Shown piece after piece: positions 1-13,076 of a DNA stretch of 64,000 bases (the stretch's first letter is position 1; the number at the start of each line of letters is the position of its first letter). Below the pieces are notes generated by a model that had not been told where the DNA came from, did no database searches, and was given only the letters and a program-made list of their open reading frames with translations. The stretch is taken from the NCBI GenBank assembly GCA_003971905.1, contig RSEE01000017.1:62001-126000 (forward strand). The letters are read 5' to 3'. The translations under genes and the position numbers were made by a program. This stretch comes from Moniliella sp. 'wahieum' (Eukaryota).

Positions 1-222
1 GAGGAAATGCTGTCCTCATCCCGCTGCAGAGCGAGGTGGCCATGGATCTAGGGATGCTGGTGTTGGTGTGGCGGTGAGAAAGACGAACATGGCGGATGCA
101 GAACAGGGTATCGAACTGGTATCTGATGTGCATGTGGGAAGAGCGGGGAGGGTGCAGGCTGGACGGGAAGGGAGGTGTCCAAAGGGGGCAGAGCCTCAGC
201 CCAACAAGCATCAGACAAAGAG

Positions 223-265
223 ACAAGCACAAGCACAAGCACAAGCCCAAGCACAAGCACAAGCA
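223..265 (+). repeat. (CAAGCA)n hexamer microsatellite, about 7 copies
   Basis: Direct read: caagcacaagcacaagcacaagcccaagcacaagcacaagca. It may encode QAQAQA in the 3' end of a plus-strand ORF entering from the window edge (stop at 316). Confidence 0.9.
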
Positions 266-389
266 TGCCTTCCCACCTTTGCCCCCCCTCCCGCCGCTCA
301 GGGCTGGGAGTACTGACGGATCATCGCTGGCCCAATCCAATACAGCACCCAAACCAGACGAATCCCAACATACAAACCAGAAGACAAGG

Positions 390-1334
390 TCAGCGCAACG
401 TGTTCTCTTTGGTCTCGCCCGTCTCGTTGTAGGTATTTACGCCTACGCCTTTCCTCTGCCAGCCCGTGCGTTTGGCTTTGCCCTCCTTCCCCTGTCCCTC
501 GGGCCGAGGGTGTACTCACTTGTAATCCGATCCTCCAACTCGTCCACGCGACTTATGATCTTGTCCACTGCAGCAAAACCAGAGCCAGCGCGGGGTCAGC
601 ACCACAGCGCCCACACGCGCCACAGACACAGACACGCAGAGGAAGAGCATACAATGACGATCGCTCGTGGTCTCCGTATCGTGCACCAGACACTCTAACT
701 TATCCAGCACCGCGTCGAACCAATCCGGGATCTCGTGGGGCGCCGTCACGTCCGGCGGCGCGGTACACGCCAATGCCCAGCCCGGGCGGGGGGTAGCTGG
801 TCATTGTCGGAGGCGCAAAGGGGGCCGGCGTGCGTGTCCCAGGACAAGAGGCGTGAGCGCGGGCGGGTGTCCGACTGCGTAGCCGGCAGCGGGTCGAGCA
901 CGGCGGCAGCCGGCGCCGGGCCCGGCACAGTGGCAGTGGCAGTGGCAGCGGCATTGGTAGTGGTAGTGGTAGTGGCAGCGGTAGGGGTGGGTTGGGACGA
1001 AGGGGGCAAGACAGACGGTGCGTCGGGCGCGGCAGGCCAGGGGTCGCACGGCGCCCCCGCGTTCGGCAGTGCCACGGTCGGGGTTGGGGTCGGGGTCGGG
1101 GCGTGGGGAGCCACACGCACTGGACGCGGGCGGCGGGGAGGAGTGGCGTTCGGGTGGGGCGAGCTTGAGGCCGAGCTGGGAGTGGGAGGCGGCAGGCAGC
1201 GGCGCCTGGGCGGGCGCAACGGCCACGGCGAGCGGGGGCAGGTCGCGGCGGGTGCGGAGCGGGGACAGCGGTGGGCGCGGGCGGGAGCGCGGGCGCTGGG
1301 GCGAGCGGAGCGGGCGGGGGCTCGCCATGGGCAT
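390..1334 (-). CDS. Heat shock factor-binding protein 1 (HSBP1)-like coiled-coil protein with low-complexity N-terminus; start approximate, frameshifted
   Basis: Removing introns 568-652 (GTATGC..CTGAC..CAG) and 443-519 (GTGAGT..TAG) gives ...DVTAPHEIPDWFDAVLDKLECLVHDTETTSDRHLDKIISRVDELEDRITSVNTYNETGETKENTLR*, which resembles the HSBP1 heptad pattern. Stop at 390-392. Confidence 0.6.
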
Positions 1335-1783
1335 GTGCGCCGGCGGGCAGGCGGAGGCGGAGGCGGAGGCGGAGGCAGAGACGGAGGCAGAGACGGAGGC
1401 AGGACAGAGGGGGCCAGAGAGCGGCCTGCGTGCTGAGAGTGAGAGCTGAGAGTGGCAGTAGGAACCCAGCAGCGCATGAAGCATTGCTGAGCAGCCACGC
1501 AGCCACACAGGCACACAGCCACCCGCCAGCCAGCAGGCGTCTGGGCCATGCGTCCTACATTATAGGCGTCCTCCATGCAGCGCACATATATCTCCCCTGC
1601 GGCCTAGTGCCCACCCCCACACCCCCACCTGAAATTTCAGCTACTGCGCCACACGCCTGGGGCCACCGTGGGATGATCGCATGGCGCTGCTATGGCATGT
1701 CAATCTCAGTCTCACACTCTCCTCCGCCTCCTCCGCCTCGTCCAACACACGCCGACGCCTGCGACGCAGCAGCAGGCCCGCCC

Positions 1784-4700
1784 TCACACCTGCTTCGACG
1801 TCGAGAAGAACCAGTTCGACCGGCTCTTGATCGAGTTGCCTGCGTCCGGCCGCGCGCGCAGCGAGCCCGCCTCGCCATACGCCGAGGGCGAGCCCATGTC
1901 GAGCCTGTGCGGTGGTGCGCCTGCGCTGCGCTTGCGCCGGGTTGATTGACGCTACGCGCGGCACCGCCACCGCGCACTGCTTGGACTGGCAGCGGAGCGC
2001 CGCCGCGCCGCGCAGCGGCTTGGCGATCCGACCGTACGGGTTGGTGGGCGCCATGGCGCGCGCCTCCCGCGCATGCGCCAGCTTGGTCCGCACCGCCTCC
2101 ATTTGCTGCTCGTACCTCCGGTTCTGCGCCGCCAGCTTGTTTTGCGACTCGGTGAGGGATGCCTCGAGTGCACGGATGTGTTCCTGCCGTGCAACCAGCT
2201 TGCGCTCCGCCACCGACACCTCGGTCTTGAGCGCCGCATTCTGGGCCACGAGCTGCTGTTGCGCATCGACCAAACTGCTCCAGCTGCCGCTCCAGGAAGG
2301 CCATCTTCTTTTGTTGGGTACGCGCATTGCTGGAACGCAAACATTGTTGTACTGCTCCTTCGACTCGTCCAGCGACAGTTCCAGTTCCACCACCTTCTCG
2401 CATCGGTTTTGCAGATCGCGCATCAAGTTCTTCTTCATCACGTCAAACTCAGCCAGTTGGTTGGCCATTGTCTTGCGCACCCGCTCCATCTCACGCGCCG
2501 ACTCGGCAAGGTTCTTGCCCCCTCGACACCGGCTGCCGTGATGGCAAACGCGCGCTTCAGCTCTTCGTTGCCATTCTTCAGCTCTTCGTTCGCCGTGCGA
2601 AGCGAGGCAATCTCCTTGGCTTTCAGGTCGACTTGGTGTTGCAGATCGGTGAGCGCATCGGCTTGAGCTTGGCGCTTGTTGGAATACTGCACCTCGAGCT
2701 TGGACTTGAGATCCTCTACCAGCGCTTCCACATCGCCACCCTGGTGGTTCGCTTGGGCATCACGCACTTGGCGTTGAATCAGTTCTTCGTATTCCGCTTC
2801 GAGCTCAGACAGGCGCACTTCGGTCTCTTCCCGCCGTTGGAGCAGCAAGTCGTTCTCCTCCTGTGCTTGCGTCAGCAGTTCCTGTTGCTCCCGCACCAGC
2901 GTTTGCGATTCGAGCAACTGCTCACGGACCATGCCCATGTCCTCCTTGCTCAACGCTCCCGCCGTCGTCTCGAGCTTGAGAAGGGTGGCACGGATTTGCT
3001 CCTCACGCTCGGTGAGGATGCCCGAGCTAAAGTCGGCGAGCATCTTGGCCATCTTCTCTTGCTTCTTGCGTTCCTTGCGCTCTTCTTGGGCCGCATCCTT
3101 GGCCGTCTTCTGTGCCGTCTCGGCAGCCAAATTCTTCTTCAGCTCCTCCACCTCGACTGTCAACTCGGCGTTTTGCTCTTTGAGCATGTCCATCATGATG
3201 GTCGTCGAATCCTTGCTGTCATAGCGAATCCGCTCCAGCTCAAGTTTAACCTCGTTCATCTCTGTGGCCAACGCCTTGTTCTCCTTGTTGAACGTCTCTT
3301 CTTGTTCACGAAGGAACGCAAGCTCGGTTTGGACCTCCGACAGATGGTTTTGGGCAAGCTTGAGCGCCGCTTCCTTCTCCGTCACTTGGTCCGCCAACTC
3401 GTTCTCCCGACGCAAGAACTCGTCGCGTTCGTCCTTGTCGAGGCCAACCACGTTGGCGTATCGGGGCGAGAGGTAAGGTCCTTAATCCCTTCCACAGCTG
3501 GGCTGGTGGGACGGGTAGAGTCTTTGCTGCTGGGCGCAGAAAGCTTGCTGGTGGTTGTGGAGGCAGTGCTGCCGGTGGCCTGGTGGCCCGCGGCCGAGGT
3601 GCCCACCTTGGTTGCATCCGCCCGATCCGCCTCGGCAACCTTGCCCCCCGCACGCCAGATCTTGATCTCGGCCTCAAGGGCAGCAATGTACGCCTTGTAC
3701 CGGTCTGCCTCCGCCTTGGTCTTCTTGAGGGCCTGCCGCAGCTCGGCTGGCGACATTTCCGCATTGACACGCGCCTTGTTCTTATGTTCTTGGCACGCAC
3801 ACCGAACCGAAGCGTCGACAGCGTCTCTTCCTGGTTAAAGGCGCAGGGGGATGCGTTGACAATCAGTGTTGTACGCGAGTTACCACCCAACGATTCTTGC
3901 AGGATACGTGTCAGCTTGGAATCACGGTACGGAATGTGCCCCGATTTGCCGTCGGTCAGGGCATTGATCACCATGCCCAGCGCACTTAAACTCTTGTTGA
4001 TCTTCTTGGCTTCTTCCAATGTTTGACCACTCGCGCCGTCTTTCCCACCTTCTCGCTACCGGCCAGATCGACCAGGTACAGATTGCCGGTCTTGGAGCTG
4101 CCCGTTTCGGTGTTGCGCTGCTGGATGCTGATGACAAAGATAGAATGGGAGCGAGAGGATTCGGCGTTCATATTGGTGTAGGACACGACGCGGGCCGAGC
4201 TTCCTTGCCGCATAATTTCATACACCTCACCCGTCGATCCAACATACACGTCCGTCAATCCCTTGACATACACCCACGTGCCTTGTCCTCGTGGATTTGC
4301 AGGTTGTCGTTCTGCGGTTGCAGCAGGTCGCGGATTTTCTCCATGTAGATCTCCATGTAGCTCACCTTGACAAAGTATTCCAGGTTGGGGGGCGAGACCA
4401 TGATCGACTCAAAGATCTGCTCAGTAATGCGGGGGATGATTCCCTTTGTGTTTTCATCATCAATGTCGGACCCCATCATGGTGAATGTCTTGCCCGAGCC
4501 CGTTTGGCCGTAGGCAAAGATGGTGCCGTTGTAGCCATTGACCACGTCTGGAGAAGCGAGTCAGTTACGCTGGCGCCAATATTCACCAAGGAAGGAGAGG
4601 GGAGCATACCATCGACAGTGTCGCGAATGCCAAACTCAAACAATCGCGTTGGGGGGTGCCCATGGGGAAGATACGGTCAAAGGTAAAGCCATTGAGGGCG

Positions 4701-4850
4701 TCTGAGTTGGTGGAGCCAAGAAGCTTGATCGTATGCTCGCCTGGGTCGGTTGGGTGATTGCGCTAAAGTCGACCACAATGTCTCCGCCCTCGCGCATCTC
4801 GAGCGAGTTGGGAGGGCGAAAGCGCGCAACGACCTTGACGTTGCCGACAT
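1784..4850 (-). CDS. kin1: Kinesin-1 (conventional kinesin heavy chain), multiple frameshifts
   Basis: Motor motifs [27 protein letters not shown] (P-loop), [41 protein letters not shown]. Coiled-coil stalk, fungal tail [15 protein letters not shown], autoinhibitory RIAKPLRG and C-terminal SNWFF. Intron 4548-4609. Confidence 0.97.
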
Positions 4851-6251
4851 GGGCAGGGGAGGGGGGGGGAGGGGAAGGGGGAAGGGGGGGGAGGGGCAAG
4901 GGGGACTGGGTGGGTGGGTGAATGCGCGTGCTGCTAGGGGGAGACAGCGATGGCAGCGGCGGTGGCGGGGGCGGACGACGGTGGTGGCGACGGGGGTGGC
5001 GATGGTGGCAGGGGGTGCAAAGCGGAAGGCGGATGTGAAAGCAGGCGGCAGGAGAGGCGGCCGTGGCGCATGCAACCCTGGCGGCCACGTGATCCGCTGG
5101 GCCGCTCAGCACAGCGCCCGTGTGGCGCCGCACCAACGAGAGCAACGCACACTGGCGCCGTGCGCTCGGCCCCTGAATGCGCGTCCTGCTCGCGCTGTGC
5201 CAGCGCCCGACAGCGCAGGCGCCAGCCAACCCTACGCGCAGCTGCTGCGCCACTCATGCACTCATGCATCCCCCGTGCATGCCCACCGCCCCCGGTCCCT
5301 CCACGCGCGCCTTACCTCAGCATGCAGCACCCCCCATCGCGCCTTGCGCTCGGCTGCTGCGCGAAATGCCTCAGGACGCGTCACGCTACACAAATCAAGC
5401 ACAAGCCACTGCCCCCTGGCTTCCCTGCCCTCTGCGGTCGTTTTGCTTTTCTGTCGGTACTGTGATGTGCCTTGGACGCAACCGGTTTGGGAGGCATGGC
5501 GGACAAGCCGCGGAACAGACGCCGTTGGTTGCGGCCTGAACAAGTGGGTTCGTTGGTGGGCGATGATCGATGAGCAGGAAACTGGTTACTAGGCTTTGAT
5601 ACAAGACGATGGGAATAACGCTAACGTTTAACCGTGCTACCTTATCTGTGATGAGCGCTGAGCACACAAACCTTAGCGCGTAGTGAAGCTTGAGCTTGAG
5701 CTGGACGAGCTGGCGGCGCGAGATACCTTCGACAGCCGGTTGACGAGTGGGCGACCACCAACCGAGCGGATGCGCGACGCGCTCTGGCAAGTGACATGGT
5801 TGCAACGTGCCACGCTTGCGCTGGCCCGCCCACTGCGGACGCTTCAACTTGAAGCTTCAAGCCTCAACTGTACCCGAACCGTCTCCCGGCTACGCTCTTT
5901 CACCAACCTGGGGTGCCGGCCATCAATCTATCTGCATCTGCGGTCCTGAAAAACGTTCGGGGGGAGCAAAGAGGGAGGCTCTGACATGCGCCATGCGCCA
6001 TGCCACACTACGCACGACGCACGATGAGATCGATGACCGACATAAATTAAAGCACGACAACGCGGCGGCAGCCCGACTTGGGGGGGGGGCAGGCCAGCGC
6101 AACGGTCCCAACGCCGGGTGTCTGTAGCTGGGACACGGGCACAGACCGAGCGGGACGGCAAGGTGCAAGACATAGACGTGCCGCTTCAGTGGCGTAGACG
6201 CGCAAGGCGACGGGACACCGCGGGAGGGCGCGGGGTGAGCTAGGCCACGGG

Positions 6252-8191
6252 TCACTTGGGCCCAACGGGGGGCGCGGGCGCAGCGGGGTTGGTGCGCAAC
6301 TGGGCAGCGTACCGGCGGGCAAAGCTGCCCAACGTACGCGCGTGGGTAAAGCGGGGCGAGTACGAGGAGGAAGTATGGTGTGCATGGCAGCAGAGCGCGG
6401 CGAGGTCGCCGGCGACCAGGTCCAAAGGGCAAGGCGAGTCGCGGGTCGGGTCGGCCTGCTCTGGCGCATCCCGGTCGGTCGTGCCGAGGTGGGCTCGGTG
6501 GACCGATTGCAGTTTGGCCTGGATCGAGGCAAGGTCTGCCACGGCACCCCAGAGACAATCGCGTCAATACCAGCACACGCTCACCGGGCACGAAAGCCAA
6601 TGGCAACACAAGGAAACGTACCTGGAGGACACTCGCGTGGCGCATCGGCCCAAGCGGGGTAAGAGTGTTGGAAGGATTGGGCGGCAGGGTGGGCGAGAAC
6701 GGCGTTGAGCAAGCGCCAGGCGGTTGGAAGGTAGCGTCAATCGTGGCTAGCTGGACGGACGAAGCCGGCGGGAAGAGAGACTCGAGGGGCCGATCCGATG
6801 CGAGGGGGCGGGCCGGACTGAACCGAGGGCGAGGTAAGACAAAATGTTGCGGGGCGTCAAGAGCAGGGACGAAATTGCTCCACATCTTCCTCGCTCTCGA
6901 CTGCTTCCGCCCAGGTCGGAGGCAAAGGCGTCGGGGAAGGCGATGGGGAAGGCGATAACGGAGACAGGTCTGGCGCCTTTTCCCGTTTCCCAAGCGCATC
7001 AACCTGGTAGTAACCCGGGCGAGCGCGTGCGCGCTTAGACACCGGAGGGGACAGCAAGTCCCGCTCAGAATCGGCAGAACGGCGTTTGCGTGAAGACGAT
7101 GTGGGCAGCCAGGAGGAACGAGAAGCTGATTTCGTTGTGTCGTGAAGAGTGGATCGCCTGCGCGAGACGGATGGTGGGGTGAGAGGAGGATGGCGTTGGA
7201 CAGCATTTTTTTCCGGGTGCACTTTTTCTGCGTCTTGGGTGGGCGTGATGGTGTGGCCCGGGCAGAACTGGATTGGGTGGGCAGAAGTGTGCGTGGGCGA
7301 AGGAGATCGTGGCATGCGCACGCGGGACGATCTGAATTTCTAGCATGGGCGTCAATTCCTCCTCGTCCGACGAAACGAAAGAGAGCAGCGTTCCGAAGCA
7401 GGGATGGCACATCGCGTAGCAGAACCCGTGGCGGCCAAAGAAGGCGAGGAGAGGGGCGAAGAAGGGGACGACGGCAGCGACGGCAGGACATTCTTCGCCT
7501 CTGTCCTCGGAGCAGGCGGCCAACGAGGACGACGAAGCTGGTGGCCCGAATGCACAGGGGGCGCAGAAGCCGTCAACTTGAGTGGCCGGCCCGGGCGTAG
7601 ATGGGAACGGGGTGGGCCAAGAAGGAACTTGCATACCGGCGTTTCGGGAGAGACCCATACCTCAGAAGCAAGATGAGAATGTGCACCGGCGAGCGACAGA
7701 GCCAAATCCTGGTGTGCCTCTTGGTAGCCACTTCTTCCTCGTCTACGACCGTGTCGGATGAGGCCAGCTCCATCTCAACCGTCGGCGAGCGGGGAGGTCG
7801 AGGGGTCACCCGGTGCGCGGGAGCGGGTGGGGAGGCATAGTCTGGTGACTGGGGGACTCCTGATCCACGAGTGCTCGCATCGACCCTGCCTTCCCAATTG
7901 CCTCCTCGGACAACCGGAAGGAGATAGCAACCCTCAGCGTCTGCGTCTGCAAGTGCGAGGCAAGGCTCGATCGGCGCACATGAGGAAGAAATGACTTGGC
8001 GAGGAGGGCCGAGGCACGGAGTCGTTAGAGGCAGGGGCACTGCAGATTCCACTGGTGCAACCGGAGGTGACGCGGCTTGGGCGCATTGTACCAGTGTATT
8101 CGCCAAGGAAGAGTAACGGGAACGGGTGGGGAAGGGCACCCTTGGTCCAACGCAACGGACTTCGCCTCGGCGAAAGGCGAACGAATTTCAT
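6252..8191 (-). CDS. Ser/Pro-rich protein with C-terminal degenerate bromodomain-like domain; start uncertain, frameshifted
   Basis: Removing intron 6536-6621 (GTACGT..TTGAC..CAG) gives YLPTAWRLLNAVLAHPAAQSFQHSYP...ECPPDLASIQAKLQS...LDLVAGDLAALCCHAHHTSSSYSPRFTHARTLGSFARRYAAQL, which follows the bromodomain Z-A-B-C helix pattern. The upstream ORF fragments (6857-7321, 7352-7705, 7573-8139) are S/P-rich on the same strand. Confidence 0.6.
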
Positions 8192-10180
8192 TCTGTTTGC
8201 TCTGGCGCCCCGGCGTTGTGGCAAGGTGAGGAAAGTTCCCCCGTCGACCCCTCGACATTGAAAAAGCGTCTGCGGTGCGGATGGACGAGAGAAGAGCCCA
8301 GTGCGGTCGGTATGGGGCGTGGGCGTGGACTGGGGAGAACAGGCCAGAGCAGTACTGCCGTGTTCGGGCGGAGACACGGCTGAGGCATAGAGAAGGGCAG
8401 CGAATGAAGCGGCCCGTGGCGCCTGGGCGCTTGGTTTGGGTGGGTGGGGGGAGTGGAGGTGGGGGTGACAGGGTGGGAGGGGCGAGGACCGCCTGGTCGA
8501 GTTGTTGGGCCGAGAGGGTAGGGGACTGTGAGTTGGAGTTTCGTTGCGGACAGAAGAGGCTAGAAGAAGCCGACCTGGACGGGCCTGCACGTAAGAGGGA
8601 AGAAGATGAGGGTGTTTCCCTCAAGACACATGGTGGATTGGGTTTGCTTGGCTACTGCGGTGGATTGGGTTGGACACGCTGGTCGGATGGGGAGGGGGGC
8701 AGGGGAGCAAAACGGACACGGCGAGCGGCACGGCGGTGGTCTGCAAGGGAGGCCGGGGCAGATGGAGAGGGGGCAAAGAAAAAACGCGCGATGAGAAGTT
8801 CGCGATGGCGGAGTGCGGGCAGTGCATCGGGCATAGCTGGGCTTGGCCATGGTCCCCGAGCAGGATGCGGACACGGAGCTGATGGCCGGGAGGCGCGGCT
8901 GCAGCTGTGGGTGGGGGGCGGAAGAGACGAGCGGCCTTGTGCTCGAGCTGGGCAAGAGTGCTGGGGATGGCGGTGATGTATGTGGGGGAGGTGCTGTAGG
9001 GCCCGCGAAGGAGGACGAGGCGGGGGCCATTTGGCGAGTCGGAAGAGCCGTCTTTGGTGCTGCGGATTGCGACGTCGGCCAAGTGGACAGCGTCGGAGCT
9101 GGGGCTGGAGTGGGAGCTGCCGTTTGGGACCAAGCACACGCCCAAGCGCGACGTGAGAGGAAGACACCGACGCCATGCCTGCCCACACTGCGCCCGTCGT
9201 GGTGGCGAGGAGGAGGCGGACGGGAAGGAGGCCCACAGGCGCAGCGTCCAAGTCGGCGCGTCGCGGATGGCCTGCAGCGGGGCCACATGACGCGACGCGG
9301 CATCTCCGACGTCCGAGATATTAATATTGCAAGCACGTCCATTCCCTGTGCGTTCATCGGGCGTTGCTCATTCTTAGTTGTGCCCGCATTCAACTTTGAA
9401 AACGATGGGTTGTTACGTAACGCATACACGCACCGCATGCCGATGGCCCAACGTTTGGACGAGGCGAGCGAGCTGGTGCAGGATTGCAACCCCGCCGGCT
9501 GGTACATGGTTGAAGTTCGATGGTTGATGCATGATGATCGACACACCGGGCTCGCCGCCCTCTGCAGCACGACACAGCACCTGGTGGTGGTGGTGCTGTT
9601 GGTCCGAGCACATCGCGTCTGCTCGGCTGGGCCAGAGCCGAGTCGGTGGCCCCTATTGCGCGACAGCTCCCCCGTGCGATCGCATGCATGCAGATCCCAG
9701 TCGTTAGACTGCCGCCACGCCACGCCCGCCGCGTCTTTCTCATCGCAGAGCAACGCAAAGCAGCAGAGCAGTACAGAGCAGTACAGAGCAGCGCAGCCCA
9801 ATGCGCAGCACTGCATAGCACTGCATGGCGCTGCCGGCACAGGGCACGGGGCCACTCTCATCCATTGTTCCTCCACGCCTTCAACTTTCAATTCAGTTGC
9901 TCTCGCCCCAGGCCCCATGCTTCCTTGGAGTGACAGCGACGGGCTTCAAGTCACCAAGTCAGTAGGCCTGCCCAAGTCACTAGTCACTTCTCACAATAAC
10001 TTCACTCGGTCGCTCTCTCACGCACCCATCCCCTCCCTCAGCCGCGCCTGGCCAACGCTCAGCACACCTCCAGCTCCCCACCACCAATCCCACCCACGCC
10101 CCGCCCCTCCCATCCCCCACACTCTTTTTTCCCGCCCTCCTTCCCACCAGGCTGGCCCTGCCGCCCGCACGCGTGCTGCC

Positions 10181-12069
10181 ATGACCGTGCATCCCACCCT
10201 CCACGCTGCACGCCGCCACCACGCGTTTGCTTCTTCCCGTCCCGCCCACCTCGCACGCGCCGCCAACGAACACCACTCCAACACCTTCTCTTCTGCCTAT
10301 GGCGATGGCTACGACAACGACGCATCAGCTAGCTCTGCTGGCCCCGACGGCGCCTCCACCCACCACAACAACGGCCCCAACAACGGAGATGCAGCGCAGC
10401 GTAAACGACAGTCGCACCCCCAGTGCGTCTCCATCTCGCTCGTCCCATGCCTCCGCCTCTGCTGCGTCCGCTGGCTGGCTGGCTCTGGCTCTGGTTCCAA
10501 CTCCAACTCCAACTCCAAAAGCTACGACGGCAGCTCCTCCTACGGCAGCTCCGCCGTCTCGTCTGACTCCTATAGTTCAGCCTCCTCCTTCGTTCAAGAC
10601 TCTTCCTCATCCAACCCGTACAGCCATCGCTCCAGTAGCGCCTACTCTTCTGGCTCATCCACCATGTCAAGCGACTCGTACAGAAGCTCTAGCATGTCAT
10701 CAACGTACAGCAGCTCGTCTCCTACGAGTTCCTCCTGGTCCTCCGTCTCTCGGCCACCTCCTCATCCGGCTCCGCAGGCTCGTCAAGTGCGTACTCGTCT
10801 TGGCTGTCAAGCTCCTCTGGCCAGTTCAGTGTCTCCTCCGCCAGCCCATCATCCTCTACGTCCACGCCTACGTCCACTTCTTACGCCGTGGCTCAACCGA
10901 CACAGCAAGCCGCCACCACTACCAGCATGGCCAACCTGTCGCCTGTCGCCTCCGTTAACACTCACATCACTGCAGGCCCCCTGGCCAGTTTCTCCGCGCC
11001 CATGCTGTCGCAGCAAACACTTACCGACACCGCTCGGGCAACGGCCAGCCCCAACGGCGCCCACCAACACGATATGGCATCTTCTCACCACAATTCTCTG
11101 TCGACGGGCGGGATTGTTGGTGCGGCAGTTGGGTGTGTGTGTGGGGCAGTGGCCGCTGCTGCTCGTGCTGTATCTGTTGTGGCGCAAGTGCTTTTCACGG
11201 CCACGAGAAGAACCCATGCTGTTTGACAAGGATCCCCACCGTTCCTCCTTGCCGACGGATTTGACGAAAACGATCTGCTGGATACCCATCCGGCCGAAAT
11301 GGCGGATGCCCATGCGCCTCTGGCTTTGTCATGCCCCCCTTCCATCCAGACTATCCGGCCGAAGCTGCGGCAGTCGTCCCGGGGGTGGACGTATATCCTA
11401 CTGCCCCGACCCCTGCGTAGCCCAGGACGAAATGATCCGCCGCCGACCCGTATGCGCACCTCGACCGTGGACGGGTACCTTACGGCGAATCTGATGCTAC
11501 ACCGGGCGCACGGGAGGAGCAAGGCGGGGACGCTACCGCCAACCGTCGTTCGGACCAGACTGGCACGGAAGACTATAGCTTTAACCGACCGTCGTACGGT
11601 GTGGGCTATGCGCACGACCTGGCCCCCGTGTCGGACCAGGACCGGTCTACCCCGTCGTCCCAATCCCACGACCACGCTTCGCCGCTCGGCTCGGTCGGCA
11701 AGGCGTTCGAGTCGTCAGAGCACAGTCCGGTTGCCAGTCTGCCCGGCAGCCCTCCGTTGGACGGACAGGCGTACGCTGGCATGCATACCGATCCAACCTT
11801 CTTTGCCTCGCATCGTGGCTCAGCCGAGCCCCCCACACTCTCTCTCGGCTGAACGATTCCCGGCCAGTTGGGGCCAGGTGCGACGGGGCGCAGCGGTGCG
11901 CTCCCCCCACCCCATTGGCGCCTCGGTGCCGAGGGAGGCTACTGGGGTCCAGTCGAAGATCCGGCTGGCACCTGTGTCTGCTGCCGCTCCCACCAACACC
12001 ACCGATACAGCCCGCCCTGCCCACCCCAGCGTGGCATACGACAATGTATTGGACGCGTATGCTTATTGA
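10181..12069 (+). CDS. Ser-rich single-pass membrane protein (Mid2/Wsc-like cell-surface sensor architecture), frameshifted
   Basis: ATG 10181, long poly-Ser region (10500-10900), hydrophobic segment LSTGGIVGAAVGCVCGAVAA/LLVLYLLW followed by basic RK, and a cytosolic tail ending VAYDNVLDAYAY* at 12069. Confidence 0.7.
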
Positions 12070-13076
12070 GTACCCCACCCCACCCACTGTCTCACCTGGT
12101 CGTCTTGGCCGGTCCCACTGCAAACTCTTATCTTGTTCTTGAAAAAAAACGTCCGTGTTTCGTTCGGTTTCGTTTCTGTCCGTTTTCCGTCGCTGGGGAA
12201 TGGGGGGGGGGGAAGGCACCTCTCCTCATGTTATGGGATGGTTTCATCCCCTCCAGCGGCAGAAGGCCTTCGTTTTATCCCCCCCTCCTTTTCTTCTTCT
12301 CATTGTCCTTCTCCCTTCCTTTCCCTTTGCTCCTCCTCTCACTACCCCCTCAGTTCCCATTCCCTCTTGTGTAGTGTCGATTATCCACGGTTCGCGTTGG
12401 CGGTCTTGCGAGTTTGTCAAGCCGATGACATAGACAGTCCATGGCGGTGGCACAGTATACAGCGACCAGAACGCTCGGCCTCTCGATCGTATTCCCAGCG
12501 GTATATAGGATCGAAATGGCAATGTGCCAAGGTGCGGTCAGACCGGCGGCCACGCAGCAACGGGCAGAACCTTCGTGTAGAGGAGCAGCTGGTCGCGTGT
12601 CCTGCATCGGGGAGCAGGAAGCCGGCGGAAGGCCAGCGTGAAGGCACAGCACAGCGAGGCCGATGCATGATGTGTGATGGATGATGTGCGCGATGGACGA
12701 GGTGGATCCGCCGATCGTCGATCGTAGGGTTGGGTCGCACAGCCCCCGTGCGTGGAGCGTTTGGGAGCTGACATTTTAGAGCTGGGCGCACCCGAAGAGC
12801 CAGCGCTGCGAGGGGCGCTTCGCTGGCCATTAATCGAGTCAATCCATTGGCCATTTTGTTTCAGCCGACCATCGGGACATCCAGCTGTCACAGGTCACAT
12901 GTCCCGCCCAGGTCACGTTCCCCGTTCCCACAGCCCCTCCCGCCTTTCGCCACGTTCAGCCCACCACCATTGTCTGCCTCCCAGCCAAGCCACCGCCACA
13001 CCACCACCTCCCGCCTCGTTCGCCCCCCCCTCTCCCTCCCCCAGCCATCCCCACCGCAGCCCCGCACGCGCCACTC

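Noticed and set aside
4855..4920. G-quadruplex-like G-runs upstream of the kinesin ATG
   Set aside because: This is the complement of the C-rich 5' leaders seen before many genes in this window, so it is not distinctive.
8843..11494. 883-aa ORF and other very long ORFs such as 2327-3838(+), 28017-29789(+), 58391-59431(+), 48060-49484(+)
   Set aside because: These are antisense shadows of real genes or stop-poor frames in high-GC DNA. Only the part from 10181 of the 883-aa ORF looks coding.
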